DNA of 64,000 bases from an uncultured Actinomycetota bacterium (GTDB taxonomy: Bacteria; Actinomycetota; Actinomycetes; Propionibacteriales; Propionibacteriaceae). Within the stretch, counting starts at the first letter, position 1; each line of letters begins with the position of its first letter. The DNA lies in the NCBI GenBank assembly GCA_963762775.1, contig CAVXMD010000009.1, positions 2,897 to 66,896 on the forward strand, read 5' to 3'. A program made the translations under genes and the position numbers. Shown here piece after piece: positions 61,728 to 64,000 of the stretch. The notes below the pieces were generated by a model. That model was not told where the DNA came from. It worked only from the letters and a program-made list of their open reading frames with translations, and did not search any database.

Positions 61728-63503
61728 GTGCTCCGCGTCGACCTCCACCCGGGCGAGACGCGCGCGGGTGGCGAACCGCTGCGGTTCGGTGCACCCGTGC
61801 GGACGGTCGTGGCGCGGCGCGTCGAGGACGTCGTCGAGGCGCTCCGGGCGGTGGAAACGGCCACGGCCGACGGGCTGTGGGCCGTGGGGTTCGTGACGTA
61901 CGACGCCGCGCCGGCCTTCGACCCCGCCTTCGTGGTGCCCGGCGGACCGCGCGGCGAGGACGACCTGCCGCTGGTCTGGTTCGGCCTGCACGAGGCGCCC
62001 CTGGCGGGCGTGCCGGCCCCCGCGGCGCCGGCGACGGTCCTCGGACCGTGGCGCGCGACGACGGGACCGGCGGCGTACGAGGCCGCGTTCGACGAGGTGC
62101 AGGCCGCCATCCGGCGCGGTGACACCTACCAGACGAACCTCACGGTCCGGCTCGCCGCGGCCTGGGACGACGGCGCCGACGACCTGGCGCGCTACGAGCG
62201 GCTGCTCGCCGCGCAGGGGGCGGCGTTCGGCGCGTACCTCGAGGTGGGCCGCCACCACGTCCTGTCGGTGTCGCCGGAGCTGTTCTTCGCGCGTCACGGT
62301 GACGTGGTCACCACCCGGCCGATGAAGGGCACGGCGCGGCGCGGCCGGTCCGCCGCCGAGGACGCCGAACGGCTGGCCGGGCTGCGCGCGAGCGTCAAGG
62401 ACCGCGCCGAGAACGTCATGATCACCGACCTCCTGCGCAACGACCTCGGTCGCGTCGCCCGTCCCGGCACGGTCGACGTCCCCGCGCTGCTGGTCGCCGA
62501 GCGCTACCCGACGGTGTGGCAGCTGACGTCGACGGTGACCGCGGAGGTCCCGCCCGGGACCGGGCTGGCCGACCTCTTCGGTGCGCTGTTCCCCTGCGGT
62601 TCGATCACGGGCGCGCCCAAGATCACCACGATGTCGATCATCGCCACGCTGGAGCCGTCGGCGCGCGGGCTCTACTGCGGCGCCGTCGGGGTGGTCGCCC
62701 CGGGCGGTGACGCGACCTTCGCCGTGGCGATCCGGACCGTCGTCGCCGACACGGTGGCCCGTACGGCGACCTACGGCGTGGGCAGCGGCGTGACGGTGGA
62801 CTCGAGCGCGGCGGGGGAGCACGACGAGCTGCTCGCCAAGTCCGCCGTCCTCACGGCTCCGCCGCGGCCGGCCTTCGACCTGCTGGAGACGCTCCGGCTG
62901 GAGGACGGCGCCTGCTGGCTCCTCGACGCGCACGTCGACCGGTTGGCCGCCTCGGCCGCGTTCTTCGAGCGCCCGGACCCGGTGCCGGCCGCCCGAGCCG
63001 CGCTGGCGGCGGTGGCAGCTGCCCACCCGACGGGCCGGTGGCGGGTCCGGCTGACCGTCGCCGAGGACGGTGGAGCTCGTACCGAGGTGGTCGACCTGCC
63101 CCGCGACCCGACCGGATCGCTGACTCTCGTGCTCGCCGCTGACCCGGTCGACGAGAACGACCCTTTTCTTGCGCACAAGACCACCAGACGATCGGTCTAC
63201 GAACCTCATCTGCAGCGCGCGAGGAGCCTCGGTGCCGACGACGCCCTGCTCTGGAACACCCGGGGGGAGATCACGGAGACGACGACCGGCAACGTCCTCG
63301 TCGGGTCGAGCGAGGAGTGGGTGACCCCACCGCTGGACTGCGGGCTGCTGCCGGGGGTGCAGCGGCAGCTCGCCCTGGACGAGGGGCCGGTGGGGGAGCG
63401 GGTCCTCACGGTGGACGAGCTGCAGGCAGCCCTGGACTCCGGGGCCCAGCTCTGGTTCCTCAACAGCGTGCGAGGTTGGCGCCGGGCGACGCTGCTCCGC
63501 TGA
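61728..63503 (+). CDS. pabB: Aminodeoxychorismate synthase component I fused to a class IV aminotransferase (ADC-lyase-like) domain
   Basis: IRRGDTYQTNLT...SPELFF...TRPMKGTARRG...ENVMITDLLRNDLGRV...FPCGSITGAPK...RGLYCGAVG is the chorismate-binding fold. The C-terminal ~190 aa FLAHKTTRRSVYE...LLWNTRGEITETTTGNVLV...TPPLDCGLLPGVQR is the class IV fold. GTG 61728. Confidence 0.85.
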   Translation: MLRVDLHPGETRAGGEPLRFGAPVRTVVARRVEDVVEALRAVETATADGLWAVGFVTYDAAPAFDPAFVVPGGPRGEDDLPLVWFGLHEAPLAGVPAPAAPATVLGPWRATTGPAAYEAAFDEVQAAIRRGDTYQTNLTVRLAAAWDDGADDLARYERLLAAQGAAFGAYLEVGRHHVLSVSPELFFARHGDVVTTRPMKGTARRGRSAAEDAERLAGLRASVKDRAENVMITDLLRNDLGRVARPGTVDVPALLVAERYPTVWQLTSTVTAEVPPGTGLADLFGALFPCGSITGAPKITTMSIIATLEPSARGLYCGAVGVVAPGGDATFAVAIRTVVADTVARTATYGVGSGVTVDSSAAGEHDELLAKSAVLTAPPRPAFDLLETLRLEDGACWLLDAHVDRLAASAAFFERPDPVPAARAALAAVAAAHPTGRWRVRLTVAEDGGARTEVVDLPRDPTGSLTLVLAADPVDENDPFLAHKTTRRSVYEPHLQRARSLGADDALLWNTRGEITETTTGNVLVGSSEEWVTPPLDCGLLPGVQRQLALDEGPVGERVLTVDELQAALDSGAQLWFLNSVRGWRRATLLR

Positions 63504-63520
63504 CGACCGAGGGGTCGGGG

Positions 63521-64000
63521 TCAGAGGCCAGCGAGGAACAGCGCGTGCACCCGGACGTCGTCGGTCGCCTCGGGGTGGAACGAGGTCGCGAGCAGCGCGC
63601 CCTGGCGGACCGCGACCGGGTGGTCGGCCGCGGTGGCGAGCACCTCGACGTCCGGGCCCACCCGTTCGACCCACGGCGCCCGGATGAAGACGGCGTGCAC
63701 CGGTGCCTCGAGCCCGACGAGATCGAGGTCGGTCTCGAAGGAGTCGACCTGGCGGCCGAAGGCGTTGCGGCGCACGGTGACGTCCAGCCCGCCGAACGTC
63801 TGCTGGTCGGGCAGACCGTCCACGAGCCCGTCGGCGAGCATGATCATCCCCGCGCAGGACCCGTACGCCGGCAGGCCGCCGGCCAGCGCCTCGACGAGCG
63901 GCTCGCGCAGACCGAACCGACGCGACAGCCGGTCGATCGTCGTCGACTCACCGCCCGGCAGCACGATCCCGTCGAGGCCGGTCAGCTCCTCGGGCCGCCG
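63521..64000 (-). CDS. pdxT: Pyridoxal 5'-phosphate synthase glutaminase subunit PdxT, N-terminus beyond the window
   Basis: [12 protein letters not shown]...[13 protein letters not shown] has the catalytic Cys. [14 protein letters not shown]...FIRAP...ATSFHPE. Confidence 0.9.
   Translation of the reverse strand, partial: RRPEELTGLDGIVLPGGESTTIDRLSRRFGLREPLVEALAGGLPAYGSCAGMIMLADGLVDGLPDQQTFGGLDVTVRRNAFGRQVDSFETDLDLVGLEAPVHAVFIRAPWVERVGPDVEVLATAADHPVAVRQGALLATSFHPEATDDVRVHALFLAGL

Overview
This is a high-GC actinobacterial chromosome segment. The gene order and protein sequences look Nocardioides/Propionibacteriales-like, but that taxon call is inference only. Most of it is conserved housekeeping synteny. 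In order: uvrB, a Mn-riboswitch-like leader plus terC, marR, lon, then pfkB-family kinase, epimerase, DinB, MFS, PNPOx/MocR, racemase, MBL and uvrA. Next come uvrC-rapZ-yvcK-whiA-gap-pgk-tpiA-secG-rbpA, pgl-tal-tkt, ctaB, a 2H phosphoesterase, a DEAD-box helicase and VanZ/RDD. The window ends with ctaA plus an ABC-2 exporter, ligC, a complete sufR-sufB-sufD-Rieske-sufC-sufS-sufU-DUF59 operon, GNAT, NERD, an LLM oxidoreductase, an MFS/TetR pair, a pabB-pabC fusion and pdxT (cut by the window end). I saw no rRNA, tRNA, CRISPR array, transposase or integrase. The one clearly accessory segment is a ~4.7 kb AT-richer island (about 6.45-11.19 kb) wedged between two truncated paralogous carboxymuconolactone-decarboxylase-family gene fragments. 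It carries decayed phage replication genes flanked by two low-GC cargo genes on the opposite strand: an apparently intact ~300 aa orphan and an HNH-domain fusion protein. This is my best candidate for an undescribed function. The most striking global property is that frame-breaking lesions are frequent but confined to four blocks that ignore gene boundaries (1-10.7 kb, 23.6-25.7 kb, 57.9-58.2 kb, 59.4-61.6 kb). More than 44 kb of neighbouring genes read cleanly. Other observations are a 4-copy 59 bp tandem repeat, a HAIR (HspR) operator at lon, a RecA-independent DNA-damage promoter with a leaderless uvrA, a ~90 bp AT-rich palindrome between tpiA and secG, and a tkt-tal-pgl operon lacking zwf/opcA. 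Many long ORFs in the supplied track are antisense artefacts of high GC content.
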